Shown here: positions 1 through 12,445 of the stretch, in pieces
Layout of the letters: every line of letters begins with the position of its first letter
Numbering within the stretch: position 1 is the stretch's first letter
Assembly (NCBI GenBank): GCA_965637545.1
Contig: OZ281497.1
Location: 21,018,001 to 21,082,000 of the forward strand
Length of the DNA: 64,000 bases
Direction of reading: 5' to 3'
DNA from: Phallusia mammillata
Taxonomy: Eukaryota
The notes under the pieces: generated by a model
What the model was told of the DNA's origin: nothing
Database searches by the model: none
What the model saw: the letters and a program-made list of their open reading frames with translations, nothing else
Program-made: the position numbers and the translations under genes

Positions 1-2372
1 TCGAGAAAGGTTTCAGCGCGTGGTGGAATGATATGAGAAACACCACTAACAGTATGACCGACTTCTAGTATACCGGAATCATGTGTGCGCAAGTCAGGGG
101 TATAATAGAACCGCAGGCCCGAAGAATCGACAATATCTAATAAGATGTAGAGAAGGGTTAAATAAAATAAAGCATGTGATTTGTTTTCCATCGGTCCGGT
201 ATCCAAAATTAAAATACGTGTACGATTTACCAATATATTCATATACACGTATTATTAAACGTCAAGATAAAATAACGAACGTGAATACCTCAAATTGTAA
301 TAAATTTATATTTTCTGTATGTACGTAATCATTTAGAAAATTGTAACTACTATATCGTAAGGAAATTAAGTGCACTAGTGGTGTGCGTTGAGCTAAAAAC
401 GTGAAAAGTACAGAATTTAACACGATATAACCTGGTTTGATTTCAGGATTGTCGTAATGAGTTTCCAATACGACGTACTTCGGTGCGTCTGGTGTTCCCA
501 AAGGATATCCAGTATGTTTAGGAAAGTGGAAGGCCTGGAGTAAAAAACACTGTAAAACTGGAGTAGGTACCAGACATTAGGTCAGTCTGTGTATTTTGTT
601 GTTATACAAGATAAGTTCATTTCGAGCATCGTCAGTGTCTAAAAAGCAAAGAGTGTATTAAAGGTACATATCAATTTTCTTGATTTTCACTTACCCCTCC
701 CCCGATAGCCCAGGCAATGATAACAAACTCGCAGCTGTGAAAGTCTTCAGGCATATTGCTGCTGTAACATTTCGCGTCTTCGTTAACAAGGGTCTGTAAA
801 AAGTTAGATATAATATCAACATCTTTATATCGTAGTGAGTGTGTTAATTGATAAAAAGCTCCTCTGGCTATTTTTCTCCCTTTTACAACCGATACTGTGA
901 ATCCAAGCGCTCTTATTATTGATGTAGCAAGAGTTTTTTGGCCGTTTATGTACAAATAAGAATATTAAGCTGGAAAAACTGAATCGCAAATCTATTTTTA
1001 AGGTAACGAAAATAATTTAAAGAATTGGATCAGACGATATCAACCACACAAACCGAAAATTACTGCAGTAATTTTATGTTGGTGTAAAGTTAATCAGCAA
1101 ACCTTTAGCGTAAAAACAAAAAATCCAATTAACAAACTTACTATATTGGCGTCGTCAGTGCAATGGTAAACCAACATGTGGTGAACGGCGAGTTCGTTCC
1201 CTGGCTGAACTATGGGTTCCACCTAGGACAAAAACAAACGCATAAAATCAAAAATATTATTGCTATAAAAAATGTTGTTCAACCTTGACTAAGTGATGTT
1301 TTTGTGTCATGTCAGGTATCTTTAGTAAACGACAATTGTAATAAGTATCCTCAGCTGGAGCATGAAAGTTGTCGTTGAGAAGGTCAAATGTCAAATGGGT
1401 TTCTCCTTCTGGAAACATGCTTTCGTCACTTCCCGCTGGATTAAGCAGCATAATGCTCTTCACGCCTAAACGAAATTGAATCGAGCTTTTGAAATATTGC
1501 TTTAAAAAAACCCTGTATGAAAGTAAAGGTGTAGATAGTACTTTTAACAAATATCAGTGCCACGTTGAAGCAGCTTGTTCTTTTAATGTTATGTCGACAA
1601 TGTTACTACCTCTGTTGGTGGTTGCATGTTGGTCTTCAAAACCGAAATCATCTCCGGCAGGATCGACGATTCCCCACGCGTATATCATTTGCAGCGTGTC
1701 GGCCTTGAATTCAATAGTTGGTTGTGGTAAAGCATTAACTTTAATGCTGAACTTCGTTTGTTACTGCGCCTTTTTAAACACCGCATTTCCAGGACAAACA
1801 TGCTATAACACTACTAACCGAAATATCAAGCAAAACTAAAGTCACAACCACAAGAAACAGGTGATTATATAGCACAATTGCTTCTGAAGAAGACCATTTC
1901 ATACCGTTATATCGACATCTTCATTATCACAAGTGACAAGCAGACGCCGAAACTTAATCACAGTGTAACCATCAACTTCCATTCCCTCCAATAACTCAAT
2001 ATTCTGAACTGTGTCCTGAGGTGGGTAACCGTTGTAGCTCTCGCCGTGACGATCCTAAAAGTTAATTACATTTTAATATTGTTAAGTTGCAAAAACCGAT
2101 AAACAAAAAGCTTGATACAAATTGTTGTTTTAAAAAACAAGTAAAACATTTGTTGCGTCAATTATTTTGTTGCAAGACCTGTAACAGCCGTTGGCAAAAA
2201 TTTGTTCACAATTGCGTGTGTGTTCATTGTAGGTTTGAAGTACTACTTTCCAGATAAACAACAACAGCAAGGGGTATTACACAAATTATTGACAGAGAAA
2301 AATGTTCACTTACTGTCAGTGTTGCCACTCCATTTTTTACCCATCCGACTATAATATCGGCATTGGCCATGC

Positions 2373-3006
2373 TGTAACGTATTAATTTTGAGTTTTAATA
2401 ATTTGTGCTGATTTCATGGATTTTCCACTAGTGAAATTTTGGCCGTTGTTTACTAGCAACGAACCGTTTGAATTTGAATAGCCCCTTTTGATATCTTGTC
2501 CAACGCCCTAAATAATGTTTGTCCACTAACAGCCGATTGATTGAATGCAGTAACGGTCTTTTGTTCCCCCTACTAACTCGTTGTGTACGAAGTTGTTTGT
2601 GTTTACTCAGACTGCGTTGTCACCACAAAAGCGCAGTGGTTGGTTGGAGAGTTGCTAAGATGCTGACCGTTAAGTTGGACAATAGCTTGAGAGCCTGATA
2701 TTGCATAACCGTTGAGCGTTGGTAAACAATATTTGAAATAACTGACGGTTTGTCTAGATCTATATATACGTAGTAAGTTAGGCCGAGCGTTATTCTACTT
2801 CCATTCTACTTCCATTCTACTTCCATTCTACTTCCATTCTACTTCCAGTCTAATTCTACTTGTACTACTATTCTGTTGTACTGCATTGAGCTGATGTAAG
2901 TGGATTCGCTCTGAGTAGAATCGAATAAACTACAAAAACAATCAACTTCTGGAGCAATTAATATCCAATCTGAACACGCAAAGGTTGTAAGACCTTCAAC
3001 CATACA
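2373..3006 (+). repeat. 5' LTR of the non-autonomous element
   Basis: Identical by eye to 4412-5023 over 612 bp (offset 2039); the last 22 nt differ. Confidence 0.93.
2792..2846. repeat. 11-bp tandem repeat (ATTCTACTTCC)x5 inside the LTR; second copy at 4831-4885
   Basis: Read directly; five units in both LTRs. Confidence 0.95.
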
Positions 3007-3009
3007 ATT

Positions 3010-3028
3010 TGGCGACCGCGACGTGATT
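3010..3028 (+). promoter_or_regulatory. Primer-binding site
   Basis: TGGCGACCGCGACGTGATT, 3 nt after the LTR end, is complementary to a tRNA-like 3' end (AAU CACGU CGCGGUC G CCA: T-loop end, T-stem, acceptor strand, discriminator, CCA). tRNA identity is not resolved: the T-stem is Trp-like and the acceptor is Arg(UCG)-like. Confidence 0.75.
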
Positions 3029-4411
3029 GGATTCATCCACGTTGACCAAAATTAAATTCAATCTTGAACACGTCTTACAATTTTGTGCCCCTGGCGACGT
3101 GATATATTGGAATTACCTATCAAAAATCCGACGAAGGAAGGACTTGCAAACGAACTGCAACATGAAGAGGCAACTAATAAACATTTCAACCAAACAAAAA
3201 CCTTCTGACACGAAGTCAAAGGAGTATGGAAACGGATTCGAAAATGGAAACGGAACAATAGCTTCAAGGATGTTCATTTAGAAATCAAAAGTTAAGTTTC
3301 ATATGTATTTTTGTTTTGCAAGCTTTGCCTAACAGTAATGTTATGTTATTATGTCATTTTCTATCCCCATCGCTATGTTTTTAAGTGAGCTAAGCGCTGT
3401 GAACACATCATATGTTTCGAACTATTTATTTCCGAGACTTAACTAATTATTTATCGCATTTTACTTGTCTCTATATCCATTAGCTTCGTGGAGACTCGAT
3501 TTTTAGAGTTGAGACACTTTATTCTCAAGGTAATCCCCCCTCGTTTGGAAAAGTTAGCTCTTAGTAGCAACACCGTGCTGCTGGTCAGCACACATTCCTT
3601 TACGTGGTTCTGAGAAATACGTTAGCTATTGCGCGTAGTCGCCCGGTTGTATATATTTTTCACACATTGTCTGCAAGCAACATAATTACTACTTGAGCTA
3701 TGATTTTTCCCCTTACATTGCACGAGGCTGAATGCCCTATATTGTTGCGCGATGCGCCTTTACTCATGTCATGACACATTATTACAAGGTTGCTACACCT
3801 TTACTGGCTAGATGGCGTTCCAAATGGATACACAATGCCTCATGATTCTAGACCAGGTTGTCCTTACTTATTATAGACCAGATGTCTATACCGGCCGCTG
3901 GCTGCCACGCAAAGCCATGGGATCTAACGAATATTGCTCCCACCTTAAGCCAAGTTGTTGCATTTTGAAGCATTTATACATATAAAGCAAAAGCGATTTT
4001 TAATTAGTGACGTTTTGTGATTTCGTCTTAAACAACCTAAATTTCGTTCCAGCTCAAAGCAAACTACTATATAACTTTGTATTTCTGTATACTGTCGTTT
4101 ATTTTATTGTTTCAGATGTGAATTTTGGATGTCGTTTCGCATTGTTCAGAGAAGGAGGACATTCAAATTTTCACCACACCACTGTTGATGTACAACTCAA
4201 CATACGCACTGGATTGAAAAACTACTTCCAGGAACGCGAGCGTTACGCAAATTCGTTGTTTTAAAGCGTATCGTATTGGTTGTCGGTGTAAAATCGAATG
4301 TTGTCTTTCTCTTCTAAATTCGTGTACAATTTTTTTTTCATATTGCATTATGATTTATTTTTCTTGTATTGTGATATTATAAAGTGAAACATTTGCTGGC
4401 AAGGGGCATAT

Positions 4412-5044
4412 TGTAACGTATTAATTTTGAGTTTTAATAATTTGTGCTGATTTCATGGATTTTCCACTAGTGAAATTTTGGCCGTTGTTTACTAGCAACG
4501 AACCGTTTGAATTTGAATAGCCCCTTTTGATATCTTGTCCAACGCCCTAAATAATGTTTGTCCACTAACAGCCGATTGATTGAATGCAGTAACGGTCTTT
4601 TGTTCCCCCTACTAACTCGTTGTGTACGAAGTTGTTTGTGTTTACTCAGACTGCGTTGTCACCACAAAAGCGCAGTGGTTGGTTGGAGAGTTGCTAAGAT
4701 GCTGACCGTTAAGTTGGACAATAGCTTGAGAGCCTGATATTGCATAACCGTTGAGCGTTGGTAAACAATATTTGAAATAACTGACGGTTTGTCTAGATCT
4801 ATATATACGTAGTAAGTTAGGCCGAGCGTTATTCTACTTCCATTCTACTTCCATTCTACTTCCATTCTACTTCCATTCTACTTCCAGTCTAATTCTACTT
4901 GTACTACTATTCTGTTGTACTGCATTGAGCTGATGTAAGTGGATTCGCTCTGAGTAGAATCGAATAAACTACAAAAACAATCAACTTCTGGAGCAATTAA
5001 TATCCAATCTGAACACGCAAAGGCCGTAAGACCTCAATCTTACA
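4412..5044 (+). repeat. 3' LTR of the non-autonomous element
   Basis: Starts TGTAAC, ends CTTACA, followed by TSD ATGC and the rest of MOXD1-like exon 2. Confidence 0.93.
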
Positions 5045-5931
5045 ATGCTGCCAGATGGTGAAATACCAATGCCCACCCATCCGTCAGTGAGTCCGTGTAT
5101 CTGAAAATAAAAATCACAGTTTAGTTTTCAAACAAATTGAACAACCAAATGAAATTGCTGTAAAGAAAACTGGTGCCACGCTGGTTCAAAATAAAGTGGT
5201 TTATTGAACACCACTTTGCGCCAAACCTCCATGCACAGCATGCAAATTGAAAGACAGAAAATATTGGAAATTTTTATTAGCAAATTTTTTTGAAAATCGA
5301 AAACTATACATTATAGCATGTTGTGGTCATTAATTACTGAACGATTTTGTAGGCTTGAAGAACTTTTTAGTGAACCGGAAAACATTAGTATTCTATAGCA
5401 AGGCTGGAGCCCAATGTAGTGGTCAACTTTGTATTTACCGTTGTAGATATTCGGGTTGTAAGGAGGGATTTTAATTGAAATAACACTTAAATAACACTTA
5501 AATTCACGCTTGTTGGAACGTTTATTCTCACATTCCCCACACTAAGCGATGGTATGACTCGGTACTATGGTAACACTAAGTTTAGTACCACTTTCTATTT
5601 ACACAGCCATAACGTACCACTTTCTTTGACATTATAAGTTATAGTACCTAGCACAAGTGTACACCCAAACTGCGCTAACAGTCGTAAACAGTCGTGTCCT
5701 GTAAATTTTAATAGTTGGGTGAATGTCGTCTGATGGCCACACATCTTACACGCAGTAATCACGCGCCGCGACAGGTTTCTGGCTGGTCAACAACGCGGCC
5801 AAAAACGCCCCGGATGTTTGCACAACAAAAACCTGAACGTCAACCGCTAAATATAACTTAAAAAAATATAACTTTGAGATGCTGTATTCAGAGCTCCGCT
5901 ATATTGACTCGTTACTTTGATTTACCTGAAG

Positions 5932-6335
5932 CAGGGGTGCACAACCTTGTTGCTAGGACTTCTAAGTTATATATATATATCTTCTAATAGCGCTAAAAAA
6001 CAGATCAAATTCTAAGTTGATGCACAGATAGATCTGAAAACCAATTTTGACAATCAGTCTTAACTGTTTATGACGTCATAAGAAGATTGTGACAGGTGTA
6101 TCTGTTCTTTTTAATTGACTTTTTTAAAGACTTTTTAAAAGTCTGACCCTCATGGTTACTAGGCTTGTAATACTCTTTCCAATTCCACCAAATCCGTTTA
6201 GAGCAGCTTTCAAAATATTTGGCGAAATAGTTTTATTTTTGTCACAGCCGCTAGTACATACACTTTAATATTCATGTTCGCGGCCGCACAAACTCGTCGC
6301 TGCGGCCGTACAGACGCAGGGGTTGTGCACCCCTG
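5932..6335. mobile_element. hAT-type MITE in intron 1 of copy A
   Basis: 15-bp TIR CAGGGGTGCACAACC / GGTTGTGCACCCCTG; 8-bp flanks ACCTGAAG / ACCTAAAG (1 mismatch). Confidence 0.85.
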
Positions 6336-9065
6336 ACCTAAAGGTATGATTTTATATTATTCTAAAAATATTTAGAGCCGGATTCGGCAACCTTTTGCAT
6401 GCAACAAACCAAAATCAAGATCAGTCAAGTCGTAGTGGGCCGTACTAATTTTTTTCTTTTAATTCCGTTAGCTTTAATGTTTACTGGGCTGTACTTTTTT
6501 GAACTTTGGTCTCGGGCCGGCTAGTTTTGCTTGCAGGACCGGATCTGGCCCATGTGCTGTTGCCGGCCCCAAATTTAGGGGCTACGTATAGTACATTACA
6601 TTTTCCCTAAATACATTTGATATCAGATTTTAAGCGGTAGTTATGATTGTAGTTCGCAATTATACTTTATAAAAAAACTCATACATCGTAGTGCGATCAT
6701 ATCGTTAATGTGGCAACTATATCTTTTTACACGTTTGAACCCTGGAAGCTCCCGAAACCGATCCGTGTTTTACGTCGTAGCCTACATGGTTTAGGCGCCT
6801 CGGACCAATCACAAACGTTGTAATTTGCTTTCCAAACCTCCTCCAGTAAATGTCTACCTTCGGTTTACCTTTACCCAGAAATATAAATTCCTCATGGCTT
6901 AAATTAGAAATATTCTAAAAGCGACGTAAATTTACCTCAAATGTGATTGAAGTTTCGTTGAAATTCCAATAAACTGTCATAACTTCTCCTACATCGAGGG
7001 CCACATTGTGAGCGAAAGTTTCTGTCGTGTTGGGTTGGCACTGGGCCAAATTAACCAAACACAAGACAGCGAAAATTTGCCAAAAACGAAACATATTTAT
7101 TCTTTTGTCTCGGTTATTTGATCCTGTTTATGACAAAATGTTTCATTTCCCAGTTAAGCTTAAAATACATTTTTTTAGAATAGTATTTAAATAAATAGAA
7201 AAAAAAAAAAAACTTATCAGTAGACATCTTTAAATTAATGTAAAAAACGCATTAAAAAACTATTACATTTTAGCCGAACAAATCATTTTTAACACAATGT
7301 TAGAAAATCTTCAATTAAAATAACGACATGTAGAAATTACATAAAAAAAACAGTTTGAAACTTGAGCAATGTTATTTTTACTCGTCGAATTTTTAAGTAC
7401 AATGTTACTCGTTGCTGTAAGGCCTTTTATACTGGAGATCGCAATAGCTTTTGTCACGTGATCGTCACCTGATGTGCAGTAAAAACAGAAAAATTTACCC
7501 ACTTTCTCACAATTACTCATGGCAAACAATTTTACTATTTGGTTTAACTGGAGCACTTAAACTTTGGAACTTGACCTTTGGACGTGCTATAGTAGCCATG
7601 TGGCGTGATAGTGATTGCATGTTAGAAGAAAAGTATCGCTTTGAGGCACGCTGTTGTGTTTATACAGGTCCACATTACAGTGGGACTTGCTTATAATAAA
7701 TGTTCACAGAGCAACAAATTAATCCAAAGTGAAACAAGAATACATGTAGATTTCTTTTAGGTTTTCCAGCACCATTTTTCTGTGTGCTTTTTATGTCATT
7801 TTACTTGCTTTTATAGCAGTACATTGTTCTTGTGGTTCGTTACCGGTAAGTCGATTTTGAAGTTTATTACGTCATGCTGTTTTGCCCTTTACCCTACTGC
7901 GTTACGCATGCAATAAAACTTCTGCAATCATTTACAACAAAAATGACATCACTCATTTGGACATCACACAGTCAAAGTGCTCATAAAGAGTTTCAGTCTA
8001 TTGTCCAAAATCGTTCTATAAAAAGCAGAAAGTTTAGCTGATGTAAAGAATTTGTTCCATTCCCGCGCAATTGGCTTCCAGTAAGCATCGTAAGAGAGAT
8101 ACGGTAAAAATATTCACAAATGTATGCATTTATTTTGGGGCCAATAAAACATCAAATAATCTTGATAGTTTGCTGATTTTTGTTTTAAAAGCAGCTTTGA
8201 TATTGGTTTGTTTGTCGATTCTTATTCAAAAAAAATAATGGATTTCCAGGCGGCATTAGGTTATTGGTGTAAATAAACACCATAGATACCTAGGCTTGCA
8301 ACTCCTTTGACCTATAGCACTTATTGGTAACATAAATCCTAATGAACTCCTATTCCATAAAACCTGTAAATCAGGCAATAAATTGTAAAACATATTAAAA
8401 TCTTTGTATCCTTAGCCTAAGCTACAGTCTTGGTGTTTGCACTTAGCAAAGCCTTTAACTATTTTACGATTGGTTCAAAGCGTCGATGGCAGTTCATGCA
8501 CTTTATATTATAACGCCCTCGTCATTAAACCATTAAGCTCCTGATACAGTTAAGCAATTGTTTATTTTAGGTTGTTGCGGAAAAAACATACCGTATTTTG
8601 TTCGTCTGACAATAGCTGTTTTTGTCCCTGGGATTGCAATGAATTTGAACGATCTCGTAATAAATGGCGTCAATTCAGCTTGTTCGGCACTCACAATGTT
8701 GCTAATTTTTGTGAACTTCATTTTCGAGACTGGGGAGACGAAACAGCGCTGTTTGGAATTATTAAACTGTTTTGCTCAGGTTGTTCTAAAATCTTGCTTG
8801 AAACTGGATATTCAAATGTAGAAATGAATATAATAGACATACACTGCGCACATAATGCTCAATTAGGCACATTTTAAACACTTTTACTTTGAGTTATTTC
8901 TTATAACTTACGTGTTTTTTGTATTTGCCTTTCTGTGTTGGACAGCTTGTTAAGTGTTTGTTTCTAATATTTTTGTATTTAGATCTGACAAATCAATAAT
9001 ATGCCACTTTAGATTCGTGTTTACTCTTTGCCGAGTATAGTCTTTGAAGATACCGATTGTACAAC

Positions 9066-12000
9066 ATGTCATATTGGCTGCAATTTTCTTTTGTGTTTTG
9101 CTTGGTCAGTGTGGCTCGGTGCATACCCAACACGACAGAATCGTTCGCTCACAGTGTTATTCTGGATGCAGGATAAGTTGTGACAGTTTTTTGGAATTTT
9201 AACGACACTTTTATAACGTTGCAGGTATGTGGTTCAACTTTTTTCGTTCTTTGACAAGTTAAGGCCAAACATCGTGTAAACCTAAGGTCGTGAAGTTGTT
9301 TGATCACAAGTTTGATATATAATGCTGATGCCGTTTCGACTTTTAACTAATGGTAGACTGGCCCTTTTTACTTATGAGTGCTGGTATCAGGTCAAAGTTC
9401 ATGTCCTGTATTAAGCTAAAGATTTGCAACACCTTAGAGCAGGGGTTCTTAACCTGGGGTGGACGCACCCCCAAGGGGTGCGAGAACTGTTCCTAGGGGG
9501 TGCGGGGATGCTGAATCATTAAGGTTGGTTAGGTCTATTCTATTTAAGCAATTACAGAAGGGGGAGCGAAAATTGGTTAGTGATTTGAAAGGGGGTGGGA
9601 AAATTGGTTAGTGATTTGAAATGGGTGCAGCAAGGAAAAAAGGTTAAGAACCACTGCCTTAGAGGCTTAGATTAATGGCCGAAAAGAAAAGAATCATGTT
9701 CACATCCTGGGCCTAAAACAATTATTCATTCCCCGTACATAAGTAGCGAGTCACACAATCACTTGGCTGCAGACAGTACACACCTACAAGGCCCCAGGGC
9801 AGCTGGTGACAAGATCTACATTAGCTCATAACGGCCTATGTCTTGTAGCCTACCTACTTCACTCATTTCAGGTCAAAACAGTGTGCGCTGTCTGCAGCCT
9901 AGTTCTCCTTCAATGTTTGTATTTCAGATACATGGGCACACAGAAGGATGGGTTGGCATCGGTTTTTCACCGACTGGAAGCATGGCTAATGCCGACATTA
10001 TAGTCGGGTGGGTAAAAAACGGAGTGGCAACAATTACAGTAAGCAAAGATGTGAATTATTTAAAATGTGCAAAACACATTGATTTTTTTCATCAATTGTA
10101 TCAGAGGATGAAATAACTATAATTAGATTGGTTTGCTTTTTAAAACGCAACATAACTTACTACAAAATGTATTTGTATAACAGACTCATGAAATGGGGTT
10201 AACTGAGACAACAAAACAACTACTAAAACAGTGTGATTACAAGCAAACGAAAAATCGAATAATATTCTTACCACAAGTATAATTCGCAGCATTTAAATAA
10301 AGTAATAATTGCATTTCAGGATCGTTATGGCTGACAAAGCAACGGTTACCCACCTCAGGACACAGTTCAGAATGTTTCGTTATTATGGTCGGGAATGGAA
10401 GTCGATGGTTACACTGTGATCAAGTTTCGACGTCTGCTTGTCACCTGTGACAACGAAGGCATGGATATAACAGTTGGAATTGGTGCGCTTGTTTTGCATG
10501 CATTCTGTTTTGTTATCCTATGTAAACATTCTAGGGTGATACCATGAAAATAATATACGCCTGGGGAGTGCTTGATCCTGTTGAAGATGATCTTACTCCA
10601 ATAGACAAACATGATGCTGGAAATAGAGGTAAATATAATACCCGGTCCAAAAATGTTTTAAAATATGCTTCATCACATATGTATGACTGAATTACTATTT
10701 AGGTGTAAAGAGCATCTTGCTGCTTAATCCAGCAAGAAGTGACGAAAGCAGATTTCCAAAAGAAGAAACCCACTTGACCTTGGATCTCGTCACCGAAAAT
10801 TTTCGTGTTCCGCCTGTGGACACCTATTATAACTGTCTTTTATTAAAAATACCTGACATGTCACAGAAGCACCACATTGTCAAGGTCAACCTGTTTAAGG
10901 CCAAAATTGCTTTGAACGATTTTAATTAACTTGCTTTTGTTATAGGTGGAGCCAATTATCCAGCCAGGACACGAACTTAATGTTCACCACATACTGGTTT
11001 ATCATTGCATCAATGACGCAAATATAGTAGGTCCAATAATATGCAAAAGTTGCTTTCCTTATTCGTGTATTAGGTATAAATGGCACAATTACAGTAACCT
11101 ATCTCAAAAGTACATACAACAACTGCAGAGGTATGCTAGATTTAAAACTTTTTAGACCCTGATCAATGAAACCACGGAATGCCACACGAACAATATGCCT
11201 GAAGATTTTCATAGTTGCCAGTTTGCCAATGTGGCTTGGGCAATCGGAGGAGGGGTAGGTAAACAACGAAAGATCAATTTTATTTTTAATTTTTATTAAT
11301 CTGGTTAAGAATTTGTCATATTTAGATTTAAATTTGGTTATGTGTGGCTGTACCACAAAACTAGAAAAAAATGTTTGTTGATATTTAATAGTATTTTTAA
11401 CAATTTTTGAAAGATAGGTTTAAATTGATTTTAATACTGTTGCACAAAAGAGTATCGTATAAGGCCTTCCACTTTCCTAAACACGCTGGATGCCCCCTAG
11501 GAACGGCAGACGCAGCAAACTACGTGGTTCTGGAAACCAATTATGACAATCCTGCTTTAAAATCAGGTTGGTGTGCCAAAACGAAGTTTATTACATTTTG
11601 CGTTTCGTTCACGTTGCAACAAAAGCGCGATAATTAAAATTCTTAAAGAGAAAGGTAAACATAAACTTTTGTGTCAACGCTAACAACCATTTTTAAAGCC
11701 TAATTATATTTAGCTTCTGTTGTTTACTTTACCTCGGTCTAGCAGAAAGGCAGGTGCTAAAAATCTAATAAAAAACTTTTATACCAGACATCGTCGACTC
11801 TTCTGGCCTGCGCTGTTACTACACTCCTGACTTGCGCAAGTATGACTCTGGTATAGTGGAAGTCGGTCACGTGGTCAGTGGTTTTACCGACATCATTCCA
11901 CCAAACGCTGAAACCTTTCTCGATTACGGCGAATGTACAGACAACTGTTTAGGATCCGTAAGCGTATTTGAAATATGAATCGTACAGTACTAATAAATAT

Positions 12001-12097
12001 TGAATCAAATGTAACGCAGCACATGAAATCGGAAGGTCAGGACTCTTTAAATGTGCTTGCAGTGTTGCTACAGGAAACTTACGCTAAAACATGTGGG
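9066..12097 (+). pseudogene. MOXD1: DBH-like monooxygenase (MOXD1-like) copy B, pseudogene truncated after exon 10
   Basis: Exons 9066-9224 (in-frame TAA at 9174), 9928-10038, 10320-10472 (in-frame TGA), 10535-10628, 10703-10884, 10946-11026, 11156-11254, 11464-11566 (ETNYDNP, His lost), 11788-11957, 12020-12097 (17-nt deletion removing HSH). No exons 11-15 found before copy C. Confidence 0.92.
9440..9656. mobile_element. hAT-type MITE
   Basis: TIR CAGGGGTTCTTAACC / GGTTAAGAACCACTG; perfect 8-bp TSD CCTTAGAG; internal duplication of AAAATTGGTTAGTGATTTGAAA. Confidence 0.9.
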
Positions 12098-12230
12098 GTA
12101 GGCCTTTCTGATACATTACAGTTTGTAAGCTAATTTTATTGCTATGTGTTTATAGAAATACCGATATTTATATAAGCTATTGTTGCCAGGCATAGTATGA
12201 AGTTTAAAGAGCTCTTCTGGCAAATGTGAT

Positions 12231-12281
12231 TTTATTCCGACGTTTCGACGTCCTATACAGGTCGTCTTCATCAGGGTAAAT
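12231..12281 (-). ncRNA. Minimal hammerhead-ribozyme-like motif, probable Penelope-like element remnant
   Basis: Minus strand reads CATTTACC-CTGATGA-A-GACG-A-CCT-GTAT-AGG-A-CGT-C-GAAAC-GTC-GGAATAAA: catalytic core CUGAUGA/GAAAC, a foldable helix II, palindromic ACGU helix III, GUC cleavage triplet, and an imperfect helix I. Confidence 0.6.
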
Positions 12282-12445
12282 GACACTGAATGCGACTAGT
12301 ACAGAGTAATACACAATTCAAATATATGTCATTTTTGTTGTAATTGCTCGCAAAGGTCTTAGAAAATTTAGAGCATGCGTAGTTTGTAGGATAGGGAGAA
12401 ACAACCTGACCGACCAAAATACTTCAAACTTGTTGATTTACTGTT

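Larger units (their letters stand above)
2373..5044 (+). mobile_element. Non-autonomous LTR retroelement (TRIM/LARD-like, probably Gypsy-dependent), 2672 bp
   Basis: Direct repeats 2373-3006 and 4412-5044 with TG...CA ends; 4-bp TSD ATGC (2369-2372, 5045-5048); PBS-like TGGCGACCGCGACGTGATT at 3010; weak purine tract AAGGGG before the right LTR. The 1.4-kb interior has no recognisable gag/pol ORF. Confidence 0.9.
1..7094 (-). pseudogene. MOXD1: DBH-like monooxygenase (MOXD1-like) copy A, exon 2 interrupted by an LTR element; 3' part runs off the window start
   Basis: GT-AG exons 7094-6936 (MFRFWQIFAVLCLVNLAQC signal peptide), 5100-5045 // 2372-2314 (IHGLTDGWVGIGISPSGS|MANADIIVGW, split by the insertion), 2054-1905, 1703-1610, 1465-1284, 1222-1142 (AVHHMLVYHC), 793-695 (AWAIGGG), 534-432 (LETHYDNP), 136-<1. 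Exon sizes match the intact paralogues, and no stop codons are seen in the visible exons. Confidence 0.92.

Noticed and set aside
2792-2846. ATTCTA in the 11-mer resembles the start of the Ciona spliced leader; also superficially CRISPR-like
   Set aside because: Only 6 nt match, there is no following donor and there are no spacers; it is a plain tandem repeat in a eukaryotic LTR.
3027-3281. 84-aa ORF just after the PBS as a possible gag remnant
   Set aside because: No zinc knuckle or capsid-like features recognisable.
2369-5048. Splice-out rescue of copy A: on the gene strand the insertion begins T|GTAAGA and ends TTACA+G, like an intron
   Set aside because: Splicing there leaves 4 extra nt (AGC ATT CAT GGC), a frameshift, and the acceptor lacks a pyrimidine tract.
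10332-10334. In-frame TGA in copy B as selenocysteine or readthrough
   Set aside because: It aligns with a Gly codon in paralogues, and B also has a TAA, a frameshifting deletion and missing exons.
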